Shown one piece after another: positions 29,016-37,128 of a stretch of DNA of 48,742 bases. The DNA comes from Acholeplasmataceae bacterium (GTDB lineage Bacteria > Bacillota_I > Bacilli_A > ML615J-28 > CAG-698). The translations under genes and the position numbers were made by a program. Numbering within the stretch: the stretch's first letter is position 1; every line of letters starts with the position of its first letter. The DNA is taken from NCBI GenBank assembly GCA_012838705.1, contig DUOT01000137.1:1-48742 (forward strand). The letters run 5' to 3'. The notes below the pieces were generated by a model, which was not told the DNA's origin, did no database searches, and saw only the letters and a list, made by a program, of their open reading frames with translations.

Positions 29016-29867
29016 TTAATAATTAATATATCCGATTCCAATTGAATCCAAACCGAAATGTGCAGTTGCTGTAGCGGGAAGTGCACATTCGACTATTTTA
29101 AGTTTAGGGCATTTTGTAAGTAATATCTCTTTACAATATTGTAAATCATTTACGTTATAAGTACAAGAGATTTGTACAAGAGAATTTGTAGGATTTACTT
29201 TTTCAAGTACTAAATCACATAATTCATTCAATGCCTTTTTATAAGTTCTTACTTGTTTTATTGCAAGTAAAAGGCCATCATCAGTTAAAGTAATAACTGG
29301 TTTAATACGCAAAAAGTTAATTAAATATTTATTACGATTGGCAAGTCTTCCATTTTTTATTAAAGAAGTTAAATCATTAACAGTCAAAAAGTATCCACTA
29401 TTATTACGCAATCTTTTAACTTCTTCAATAATTTCCTCAACATTATTTGTCTTTTTCGCTAGTTTTGCTGCCCTAATTGCAATACCAGCTAGAATTGATA
29501 AAGCCATATTCGTATCTAAAACTTCAATATTTATGCCATCAACCATTTCTTTTGCTACTAATCCACTTTGATATGTTCCACTTAATTTTTGCGATAAAGG
29601 AAGAAAGATAATATGTGTAAATCCTTTACTTTTTATTTCTTCATACTTTGCAATTAATGCACCAGTAGAAGGTTGACTAGTTTTAGGAAGGAGTTTAGTA
29701 GATCTTAAAGCATTATTAAAAGGCTCATCCCCATTTTTCTCAAAGTCAGTAAAAATGTTATCACCAATAAAGCAAGGAATATCAATCATGAATAAGTTAT
29801 CCATACTATGATTAATACTGTATATTGATGATGAACTGTCTGTTAGAATTGCTATTTTAGTTTCCAT
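29016..29867 (-). CDS. DegV-family fatty-acid-binding protein (FakB-like), paralogue 2
   Basis: [11 protein letters not shown] and TSQPS motifs. Roughly half of positions are identical to the 11463-12317 product by eye. ATG at 29867 is 6 nt after GGAGG (alternative ATG at 29870). Its stop codon lies within the acpP RBS. Confidence 0.85.
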   Translation of the reverse strand: METKIAILTDSSSSIYSINHSMDNLFMIDIPCFIGDNIFTDFEKNGDEPFNNALRSTKLLPKTSQPSTGALIAKYEEIKSKGFTHIIFLPLSQKLSGTYQSGLVAKEMVDGINIEVLDTNMALSILAGIAIRAAKLAKKTNNVEEIIEEVKRLRNNSGYFLTVNDLTSLIKNGRLANRNKYLINFLRIKPVITLTDDGLLLAIKQVRTYKKALNELCDLVLEKVNPTNSLVQISCTYNVNDLQYCKEILLTKCPKLKIVECALPATATAHFGLDSIGIGYINY

Positions 29868-29895
29868 CATATCCTCCGATCTAAACTTCAAATAC

Positions 29896-29955
29896 TTTGA
29901 TATTCAAAAGGTTTGAAGTTCAAATCATTTTAACACATATTTATAGAGATGTCAA
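29896..29955 (-). promoter_or_regulatory. Promoter plus two tandem FabT-type operators heading the lipid operon
   Basis: The minus strand reads TTGACA (29955-29950), 17 nt, TAAAAT (29932-29927), GA, TTTGAACTTCAAA (29924-29912), CCT, TTTGAATATCAAA (29908-29896). Confidence 0.65.
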
Positions 29956-29967
29956 ACAAATTTTAAA

Positions 29968-29996
29968 TTGAAATAATTGGCTTTTTCATGTATAAT
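29968..29996 (+). promoter_or_regulatory. Divergent promoter for the zinc-ribbon/VanZ genes
   Basis: TTGAAA (29968-29973), 17 nt, TATAAT (29991-29996) with an upstream TG (extended -10). The track ATG at 29988 lies inside this -10 region. Confidence 0.55.
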
Positions 29997-30014
29997 AAAT
30001 TCAAAGGTGAAATA

Positions 30015-30773
30015 ATGAAAATATCAATATGTGATAATTGTGAACTAACATCAAAAATAAAACATAAACATTGTCCATTATGTTTTTCAAAAATGAGAAG
30101 AAGTGATGGAAGGCCATATACAGTTAGAGAAAATATCGTAAACAACAATCGTAATGTTTTCCTTTTTTATACATGCGTTAAGTGCAAAAGGGAAATGGAA
30201 GGTAAAATTTGTCTTCTTTGTAATAAAGTTGGATTACTTACAATATCGTATAATGGGAAAACGGAGATTGTAAAAAGGTTAAATTATCTTTCAGATAAAT
30301 TTACTAATGAAGAAATAAAAGAAATACTATCACAACTTAATATTGATGAAAAACATTTAATTTATCGCAATCTTGCATCTACTAAAAAACTTGAAAATAA
30401 GAAAGATCCAATGAAAGCAAGTGTTTCATTTTTTGTTGCTTTGCTTATTTATATTACTTGTCTTGAAATAACTATCGGATCTTTTGAAAATGAAGTATAT
30501 ATTAGTTATATAAGTAATACTATAGGAAATGGGATATTTTCAATATTTATTTTATTAGGTTTATTATATCTATTTAATGCAAGTAAAATAGAAAAAGAAT
30601 TTACAGTTGGGAAAATTGGATTAGTAAGTGGAATTCTTCACTTTATTTATATTATAATTTTAATTTTTTTTCAATTACAATTTAAACCGATGTTAATATT
30701 AGGTTTTATCTTTATTGGATTAACTTTTATTATATCGCAAGTTGTAATGATGAAAAGGGGAAAAAATGCGTAA
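30015..30773 (+). CDS. Membrane protein with N-terminal double zinc ribbon
   Basis: Start at 30015 follows an AAAGGTGA RBS. CDNC-N10-CPLC and CVKC-N8-CLLC motifs. Three to four C-terminal TM helices. Confidence 0.55.
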   Translation: MKISICDNCELTSKIKHKHCPLCFSKMRRSDGRPYTVRENIVNNNRNVFLFYTCVKCKREMEGKICLLCNKVGLLTISYNGKTEIVKRLNYLSDKFTNEEIKEILSQLNIDEKHLIYRNLASTKKLENKKDPMKASVSFFVALLIYITCLEITIGSFENEVYISYISNTIGNGIFSIFILLGLLYLFNASKIEKEFTVGKIGLVSGILHFIYIIILIFFQLQFKPMLILGFIFIGLTFIISQVVMMKRGKNA

Positions 30774-31203
30774 AAAGATTTTATTTGTTATTATTACTAT
30801 TTGGATTGCATTTATTTTTTATAATTCTCTACAAACAGCAAGTGAGTCAGCAGCGACTAGTGGAATGTTTGCAAACCTAATTAATGATTTTTTTAAACTA
30901 ATAGGAATAACAATTGATGTTTCCAGTATTATTCGTAAACTTGCTCATGTTTTTGAATTCTTTATCTTAAGTACTTTACTTACCTTTTTATTTTTTGAAT
31001 ATAATATGCAAATTAAATATAAAGTATTATATACATTTTTTATTTCATTATTAGTAGCAATAACAGATGAAGTTATTCAACTTTTTGTAGAGGGAAGATA
31101 TGGTTCAGCTATTGATGTATTAATTGATAGTATTGGAATTGTAATTGGTATAGGTATTGTGACTTTATTTTATTATATAAAATATCGCAAGAAAAGCAAA
31201 TAA
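30766..31203 (+). CDS. VanZ-like family membrane protein
   Basis: 145 aa with 4 TM segments. RKLAHVFEFFIL and DEVIQLFVEGRYGSAIDVLIDSIGIVIG blocks are typical of VanZ. 8-nt overlap with the upstream gene. Confidence 0.7.
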   Translation: MRKKILFVIITIWIAFIFYNSLQTASESAATSGMFANLINDFFKLIGITIDVSSIIRKLAHVFEFFILSTLLTFLFFEYNMQIKYKVLYTFFISLLVAITDEVIQLFVEGRYGSAIDVLIDSIGIVIGIGIVTLFYYIKYRKKSK

Positions 31204-31225
31204 ACGGCAAACGCCGTTTATTTTG
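31202..31225. terminator. Bidirectional terminator
   Basis: AAACGGC-aaac-GCCGTTT flanked by T-rich sequence, between convergent genes. Confidence 0.75.
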
Positions 31226-32969
31226 TTAATTGGATAAATTGATTGATATCATCTTTAATTACTTCGAGTGAGCTTTTCCAGAAATCTACGCTTGTGATAT
31301 CAATTCCTATAGTCTTAGCAACATCAATTAATGATGCCTTACCAGTCATTCGTAATAGCTTTCTTAACTCAGGAACAAAGGCGTCTTTTTTCTTTAAATA
31401 TTGGGCGTATATACCCTTTGAAAACAATAAACCAAAAGCATATGGGAAGTTATAGAAACTTCTTCCTGTTGAGTAGTAATGGCTCTTACAAATCCACATA
31501 CCTTCGTTTAAATAATTTTGATCAAGCCCATCACCATAAGCTTCTTTTTGAGCATCAATCATAATTTGATTTAATGTTGTTTCATCTAAAAATTCATGTT
31601 CAACACGATAAAAGACATTAGTTTCGAAAATATATCTGCTTAGGATATCAACAACAACTTGTGTTGAATCTTGAAGTTCTTGCTCTAGAATGCTTAGTTT
31701 TTCATCAATATTTTCGCTTCTTTCAAGTAAGGAGTGTTTAACTATTGTCTCACATAAAATTGATGCTGTTTCCGCAATCGGCATTGGATAATTAGTATTA
31801 AGAGGTCTTTCATCAAATAGGATAAAGTTATGATATGCATGACCAAGTTCATGTGCTAATGTTGATATATCACTAATTGTACCATCAAAGTTGGTTAAGA
31901 TTCTGCTTTCTTTTATTGGATAAATTGAAAAACAAAATGCTCCACCAGTTTTACCTTGACGAGGAAGATAGTCTATCCAATCTTCAGTAAAGGCACGGTA
32001 AGCTAAATCATGTAAATCTGGTGAGAACGTTTTGAAATTGTCGAGTACTACTTTTTGAGCTTCTTCAATTGTATATTTTTTATTTGCTTTGCCGATAGGC
32101 GCAAATAAATCATAGAATGGAAGTCCATTATCATGACCTAATATTTTAGCTTTTTGCTGTAAATATTGTCTGAAATGAGGAAGATAAGATTTCATTGCAG
32201 ATATTAAAGAGTTTAAAACATCTCCATTTATTCGAGAACGTTTTAATGTTTCATCTAAAGGTGATTTATATCCTCTTTTTTTGGAAAGTGTTAACACTTG
32301 TTTCTTTATTCCATTTAATGCAAAGCTCATTGCTTTATTTATCTTTTTATAGCTTTTCACTTCCGCAATATACGCATCACGTCTTACCTTGGGGTCATCA
32401 CTATAAGCTAAGTTTCGTACTTCTGAAAGTCCAATTACTTTATCCTGATAATCAACTTGTAATGTTGATGTAAGATTACTTTGCATTTTTGAGAATAAGC
32501 TTCCGCCACTTTGATTTAATTCTGCAATCAAAACTTCTTCTTCATCGCTTAATAAATATTTACTATTTTCTTTTATTTCTGTAAGGAAAAATTCATGTTC
32601 CTTAAGATAATCGTCACCATCAATTACATCATTTAAATTTTCAATTCCAGCAATATATTTTTCAAAAAGAGTTTGTGGAAGTGCCATTTTAATAAATTTT
32701 TGATTTAAAACAACCATCGCATTATTAAACTCTTTATTAGTTGTATCAGTTGCTATATTCAGCCTTACAAATGCTGCAAATTTATCTGCTAATAACTCAA
32801 TTTCTTCTAATTTTTTAAGTAGTAATTTTAAGTTTTCTTTGTGATTGTTATTTAATGACTTAACTAAACTATTAAACTCTAATATTTTTTTATCTAACTT
32901 ATTTTGATCTGAAGAAAACTTAAGATCATCTAAGCCTTTGTATAAAGATTTTAAATTCCAAGTATACAT
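31218..32969 (-). CDS. pepF: M3B oligoendopeptidase F-family metallopeptidase
   Basis: 583 aa. HELGHAYH zinc motif in the M3B context. Length typical for the family. Confidence 0.8.
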   Translation of the reverse strand: MYTWNLKSLYKGLDDLKFSSDQNKLDKKILEFNSLVKSLNNNHKENLKLLLKKLEEIELLADKFAAFVRLNIATDTTNKEFNNAMVVLNQKFIKMALPQTLFEKYIAGIENLNDVIDGDDYLKEHEFFLTEIKENSKYLLSDEEEVLIAELNQSGGSLFSKMQSNLTSTLQVDYQDKVIGLSEVRNLAYSDDPKVRRDAYIAEVKSYKKINKAMSFALNGIKKQVLTLSKKRGYKSPLDETLKRSRINGDVLNSLISAMKSYLPHFRQYLQQKAKILGHDNGLPFYDLFAPIGKANKKYTIEEAQKVVLDNFKTFSPDLHDLAYRAFTEDWIDYLPRQGKTGGAFCFSIYPIKESRILTNFDGTISDISTLAHELGHAYHNFILFDERPLNTNYPMPIAETASILCETIVKHSLLERSENIDEKLSILEQELQDSTQVVVDILSRYIFETNVFYRVEHEFLDETTLNQIMIDAQKEAYGDGLDQNYLNEGMWICKSHYYSTGRSFYNFPYAFGLLFSKGIYAQYLKKKDAFVPELRKLLRMTGKASLIDVAKTIGIDITSVDFWKSSLEVIKDDINQFIQLTK

Positions 32970-33077
32970 AATTTACCTCCGTTGAAATTATTATATCATT
33001 AATTGGGAATTTATTAAAGATAATTTGAAAATAAAGCATTTTGTGATATAATAGTTTTAAAGAAAAGGGGAAAATAT

Positions 33078-33869
33078 ATGAATAAAGTAGTAGTTATTAC
33101 AGGTGCAAGTAGTGGAATCGGAAAAGCAACATCAATATATTTAATTAATAAAGGTTATACTGTTTATGGTCTTTCACGTTCGGAAGGGGATGTGGAAGGG
33201 TGTAAGTATATAAAATGTGATGTTACAAAAAAAGAAGAAATTGAAGTAGCTTTTAATACAATATATGATGAGGCAAAAAGAATTGATGTTGTGATTAATA
33301 ATGCAGGTATTGGCGTAAGTGGAGCAATTGAATATGCAACAGAAGAAGAGCTTTTGGATATTTTTTCTGTAAATGTCTTTGGAGTAGTTAATGTTTGCCA
33401 AGTTGCGATAAAATATTTACGGGAAACGAAAGGGAAAATTATTAATATCGGTAGTGTTGCAGGTCCAATGACAATTCCTTTCCAAGCATATTATTCAATG
33501 ACAAAGACAAGTGTTGAATCGTTAAGCGAAGCATTAAGAATGGAACTAAAACCTTTTGGAATTAAAGTGACAACTGTCCTTCCTGGGGATACGAAAACTA
33601 ACTTTACCAAAAATCGAAAAGCACCAAAAGTTGCCGCTGATAAGCTTTACCATGACAGAATTATTAGATCAATAAGAAGAATGGAAAAAGATGAGGAAAA
33701 AGGCGTAAGTCCTTTTAAAGTAAGTAAAGTAATTTATAAAGTTATGAAAAGAAAAAATCCACCTGTTAAGGTGGTTGTAGGGTTTTCGTACAAATTTTTA
33801 GTATTTTTAAAAAGACTCTTTCCAGATCGTTTAGTAAATTACATTTTATATAGATTATATGCAAAATAA
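33078..33869 (+). CDS. Short-chain dehydrogenase/reductase
   Basis: TGASSGIG cofactor motif, NNAG, and the YSMTK catalytic Tyr/Lys. Confidence 0.85.
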   Translation: MNKVVVITGASSGIGKATSIYLINKGYTVYGLSRSEGDVEGCKYIKCDVTKKEEIEVAFNTIYDEAKRIDVVINNAGIGVSGAIEYATEEELLDIFSVNVFGVVNVCQVAIKYLRETKGKIINIGSVAGPMTIPFQAYYSMTKTSVESLSEALRMELKPFGIKVTTVLPGDTKTNFTKNRKAPKVAADKLYHDRIIRSIRRMEKDEEKGVSPFKVSKVIYKVMKRKNPPVKVVVGFSYKFLVFLKRLFPDRLVNYILYRLYAK

Positions 33870-33902
33870 AAGGAATACATTTTGGGTGTATTCCTTTCTT
33901 TT
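33868..33902. terminator. Bidirectional terminator
   Basis: AAGGAATACA-ttttggg-TGTATTCCTT stem followed by TCTTTT. Confidence 0.75.
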
Positions 33903-34251
33903 ATTTATTATTCTTTAATAAATAAATGTCTCCTACTGGAACTGTAAACATAAATACAACACCAGGTTCCTTTTCATTTCTTAATAAATAAGTAATGCTC
34001 TCAACAACTTTTTTTAGTATCTTTTCATCATGAATAACAGAAAAAATAGTTTTGTTTTGTGGGTGACGATCCTTTAATATAAGTTTTAATGAACCAAATA
34101 GAGGAATCCCAGTAATATCATTATTTACAATTGCACTAGCCATACCTTGGCTATCAACAATTGTTGCCCCCTTAACATTATGTTTAACTAAAATTGATAA
34201 TATTTCATCTAAATATTCTGTTTTATTAAGAATTATAAACAAAGCTTTCAT
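33901..34251 (-). CDS. P-II-like small signalling-fold protein
   Basis: 116 aa. The N-terminal beta-alpha-beta pattern MKALFIILNK..YLDEILSILVKHNVKGATIVDSQG is reminiscent of GlnB/P-II-like folds. Its ATG overlaps the antiporter stop (TAATG). Confidence 0.5.
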   Translation of the reverse strand: MKALFIILNKTEYLDEILSILVKHNVKGATIVDSQGMASAIVNNDITGIPLFGSLKLILKDRHPQNKTIFSVIHDEKILKKVVESITYLLRNEKEPGVVFMFTVPVGDIYLLKNNK

Positions 34252-35495
34252 TATGCTTCACCCCCCTCTAATACAACTTGGATATTTTCTTCTGGCTTTT
34301 CTTTTAACATTTCATTAAATTTATCTAAGCCGTTTATTTCACCAGCTTTTGATATTGCAATCTTTGCAAACACAGGCCCTAAAGTTTCATATATTAAAAT
34401 GCTAAACATAATAATTGTTGTTATTTCATTAGCGTATTCTGGTAGTTGTTGTCTAACGAGAACCGATAAACCAATCGAAATACCACCTTGTGGTAAAAGT
34501 CCTAAGCCCATATACTTACAAACAGTTTTTTCTGCTTTAACTGCAATTGATGATACTAAAGAACCTAAGTATTTACCTAAACCTCGTGCAAAGACATAAA
34601 TAATTCCTATTAATCCTACTGTTTTTAAAATACTAATATCTAATGATGCACCTGCTAATGTAAAGAATAAGACATAAAATGCAGGGACAAAATTATTGAC
34701 AGCATTAAATGATTTTTCTGGTTTAGATAATGTGTTGACTAATGTTGTACCAATCATAATATTAGTTAATAATGGCGATAAATTAAGCGTCCTTGAAAGG
34801 CCCATACCTATACCAATTGCAATTAATGATATGACTTGATAATCATCTTTGAATTTTAGTTTTCTAATTAATAATGATAAAATAATACCAATAATAAATC
34901 CTAATAATAATGAACCAAAAATTTCTAGTAAAGGATTTAATAAAATTTGACTAATAGATGGTTTTACACCTGTAACTGATATTTTCGCAAGCGACATTGC
35001 TACTCCAAAGACGATAATACCGAAAACATCATCTAAAGCTACAACTGGCAAAATAGTTTTTGTAAGTGGTCCATAAGCACGATATTGTCTTATAACCAAT
35101 AAGGTTGCTGCAGGTGCTGTTGCTGCTGACATCGATGCAATAACAATACTAAAAGCAAATGATTGGTCAAGTACAAAGTATATAATTGAGAACACTAAAA
35201 CTACTGCTCCGACAACTTCACCTAAAGTAATAAAAAATATTTTTTTACCATACTTAAGCATATCTTTTATTACAAATTCACTCCCAATACTAAAAGCAAT
35301 AAATGCTAGGGCAATTTCACTAATAATTTCTAGTGCCTTTATTTCTTCCGTATTAACAAGTCCAATAAAAGACGGACCTAAAAATAACCCTAGTATTATG
35401 TAACCTGATACATTTGGCAACTTAACAAGTTTTGCTAGTTTGCCACCAAGCATACCAATAGCTAATACTATGCTAATTTTTAAAATAATATCCAC
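34251..35495 (-). CDS. CPA2-family cation:proton antiporter (no RCK domain)
   Basis: About 414 aa and polytopic, with a Na+/H+-exchanger-family pattern (LPNVSGYIILGLFLGPS...). The likely start is GTG at 35495, 8 nt after GGAGG. The track ATG at 35510 is itself part of that RBS and has no SD upstream. Confidence 0.75.
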   Translation of the reverse strand: MDIILKISIVLAIGMLGGKLAKLVKLPNVSGYIILGLFLGPSFIGLVNTEEIKALEIISEIALAFIAFSIGSEFVIKDMLKYGKKIFFITLGEVVGAVVLVFSIIYFVLDQSFAFSIVIASMSAATAPAATLLVIRQYRAYGPLTKTILPVVALDDVFGIIVFGVAMSLAKISVTGVKPSISQILLNPLLEIFGSLLLGFIIGIILSLLIRKLKFKDDYQVISLIAIGIGMGLSRTLNLSPLLTNIMIGTTLVNTLSKPEKSFNAVNNFVPAFYVLFFTLAGASLDISILKTVGLIGIIYVFARGLGKYLGSLVSSIAVKAEKTVCKYMGLGLLPQGGISIGLSVLVRQQLPEYANEITTIIMFSILIYETLGPVFAKIAISKAGEINGLDKFNEMLKEKPEENIQVVLEGGEA

Positions 35496-35540
35496 CGAAT
35501 ACTCCTCCATTCATATAAGTAATTTACGCTTTTGAAAAAC

Positions 35541-35574
35541 AAAAAAAGCGTATAAACAATTTAGCCATACGCTT
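35541..35574 (-). terminator. Riboswitch expression-platform terminator
   Basis: The minus strand reads AAGCGTAT-N13-ATACGCTT followed by T7. It sits between the aptamer and the RBS. Confidence 0.75.
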
Positions 35575-35680
35575 GGAATACTCCTATGAGGTTAGCTGAC
35601 GGGTTAGGGCATCCAAGTAGCCCTTCTAAAATTAGATTCACCCCAAAGGTTGGTTCCCCCACTATTGATATATTCGGAGA
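35575..35680 (-). promoter_or_regulatory. c-di-AMP riboswitch aptamer (ydaO/yuaA class)
   Basis: The minus-strand RNA carries the blocks CUCC..GGGGGAACC..GGGGUGAAUC..GAAGGGC..GCCCUAACCCGUCAGCUAACCUCAUAGGAG. These match the conserved blocks of the B. subtilis ydaO leader as I recall it. Confidence 0.85.
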
Positions 35681-35691
35681 TATACAATAAG

Positions 35692-35719
35692 ATTATACCA
35701 TGAAAAAATATAAATTCAA
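35692..35719 (-). promoter_or_regulatory. Promoter of the riboswitch-controlled operon
   Basis: The minus strand reads TTGAAT (35719-35714), 16 nt, TGgTATAAT (35700-35692). Confidence 0.65.
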
Positions 35720-35763
35720 TCATTATTATAATTTTGCAAATAATAACGTTTTTAAAAGTAAAT

Positions 35764-35793
35764 ATAAAAAAAGGTTGCATTTTTGCAAACCTT
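35764..35793 (-). terminator. Rho-independent terminator
   Basis: The minus strand reads AAGGTTTGCA-aaaa-TGCAACCTT followed by T7. Confidence 0.8.
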
Positions 35794-35799
35794 CTTTTT

Positions 35800-36984
35800 T
35801 TATTTTACATCTAATATATCTAACACTTCTTTAATTTGCTTCATAGCATAATCCATTTGTTCTTTTGTATGAGTTGCTGTATAACTTGTACGAAGAAGAC
35901 TTTGGCCTACTGGTGTCGCTGGTGAAATTACTGGATTAACATAAACACCACGTTCAATTAACATCTTACAAGCGATAAATGTTTTATCATCTTCATAAGT
36001 GTAGATTGGAATAATTGGTGTTTTACTTTCAATAATATTAACACCTAGTTTCTTTAAACCCTCACGCATATAACTACTTATATCATGAAGTGCTTTTACT
36101 CTTTCTGGTTGTTCAGAAAGAATTTTAAGTGATGCTCTAGCACTAGCTACACTTGCTGGTGTAATTGCAGCACTAAAGATAAATGGTCTTGATACATGTT
36201 TTACATATTCTACAACTTCTTTTGTGGAGGCGAGATAACCACCTAGGCTAGCTAGTGATTTCGAAAATGTACCCATGTAAATATCTACTTCATCTTCAAG
36301 ACCGAAGTATTCAGCTGTTCCGCGACCATGCTTTCCTAATACTCCAAGGCCATGAGCATCGTCAACCATTACTCTTGCACCATACTTTTTCGCAAGTCTT
36401 ACAATCTCAGGTAGATTACATATATCTCCGGACATACTGAAGACACCATCAGTAACAATTAAAATACCTTTGTTTTGATCAACGGATTTTAATTGTCTTT
36501 CTAAATCTTCCATATCATTATGCTCGTAGCGAAGAAGCTTTGCATAACTTAATCTGCAAGCATCATAAATACTAGCATGATTTTCTTTATCTCCGATAAT
36601 AACATCGTTTCTTCCGCATATAGCACTAATAATACCTAAATTTGATTGGAAGCCTGTGGAAAAGGTCATTACTGCTTCTTTCTTTAAAAAGTCACGTAAC
36701 TCTTCTTCCAGCTTTACATGTATATCTAATGTTCCGTTAAGAAAACGGGAACCACTACATCCAGAACCATATTTTTTTACTGCTTCAACTGCAGCATTAA
36801 TAACATCCGGATGAGATGTTAATCCTAAATAGTTGTTAGAACCTAACATTAATATTTTTTTACCATTGAAAATCATTTCTGTATCTTGACCAGATTCAAG
36901 TGCTTGAAAGTACGGATAAATTCCTTGATCCTTAACGTTTTGTACATGCTCTAAGTATGGTTCGATTTTCTTAAATAAATCCAT
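35800..36984 (-). CDS. PLP-dependent alpha-oxoamine synthase (Kbl/BioF/SPT family)
   Basis: 394 aa from the ATG at 36984 (GAGAGAGGG RBS). Motifs: NNYLGL, GSGCSGSRFLNGT, ENHASIYDA, DDAHGLG, the PLP-lysine block GTFSKSLASLGGY, and SPATPVGQSLLRTSYTATHT. Confidence 0.85.
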   Translation of the reverse strand: MDLFKKIEPYLEHVQNVKDQGIYPYFQALESGQDTEMIFNGKKILMLGSNNYLGLTSHPDVINAAVEAVKKYGSGCSGSRFLNGTLDIHVKLEEELRDFLKKEAVMTFSTGFQSNLGIISAICGRNDVIIGDKENHASIYDACRLSYAKLLRYEHNDMEDLERQLKSVDQNKGILIVTDGVFSMSGDICNLPEIVRLAKKYGARVMVDDAHGLGVLGKHGRGTAEYFGLEDEVDIYMGTFSKSLASLGGYLASTKEVVEYVKHVSRPFIFSAAITPASVASARASLKILSEQPERVKALHDISSYMREGLKKLGVNIIESKTPIIPIYTYEDDKTFIACKMLIERGVYVNPVISPATPVGQSLLRTSYTATHTKEQMDYAMKQIKEVLDILDVK

Positions 36985-37018
36985 TTGTAAACCCTCTCTC
37001 TTTAATTTAATTGCACTC

Positions 37019-37047
37019 ATTATAACACAAAAAAATTCACTCGTCAA
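37019..37047 (-). promoter_or_regulatory. Promoter of the alpha-oxoamine synthase gene
   Basis: The minus strand reads TTGACG (37047-37042), 17 nt, TGtTATAAT (-10 hexamer 37024-37019). The track start at 37047 lies in the -35 box. Confidence 0.6.
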
Positions 37048-37128
37048 TAATGCAAGGGCAACTAAAATTTAAAGTAAAAAATTTCTAATAAATTAAAAAT
37101 ATGTGGTAAAATATAAAAAGGTGGTATT

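Noticed and set aside
9162-37047. Long N-terminal extensions in the ORF track. Affected starts: 4480, 9162, 11322, 11433, 12401, 29086, 29891, 29988, 35510, 37047, 41842, 46725, 48710.
   Set aside because: These extended starts are TTG, GTG or ATG codons that fall inside -35/-10 boxes, operators or Shine-Dalgarno sequences. Downstream starts with properly spaced RBSs give N-termini typical of the respective families, so the extensions were trimmed rather than treated as novel domains.
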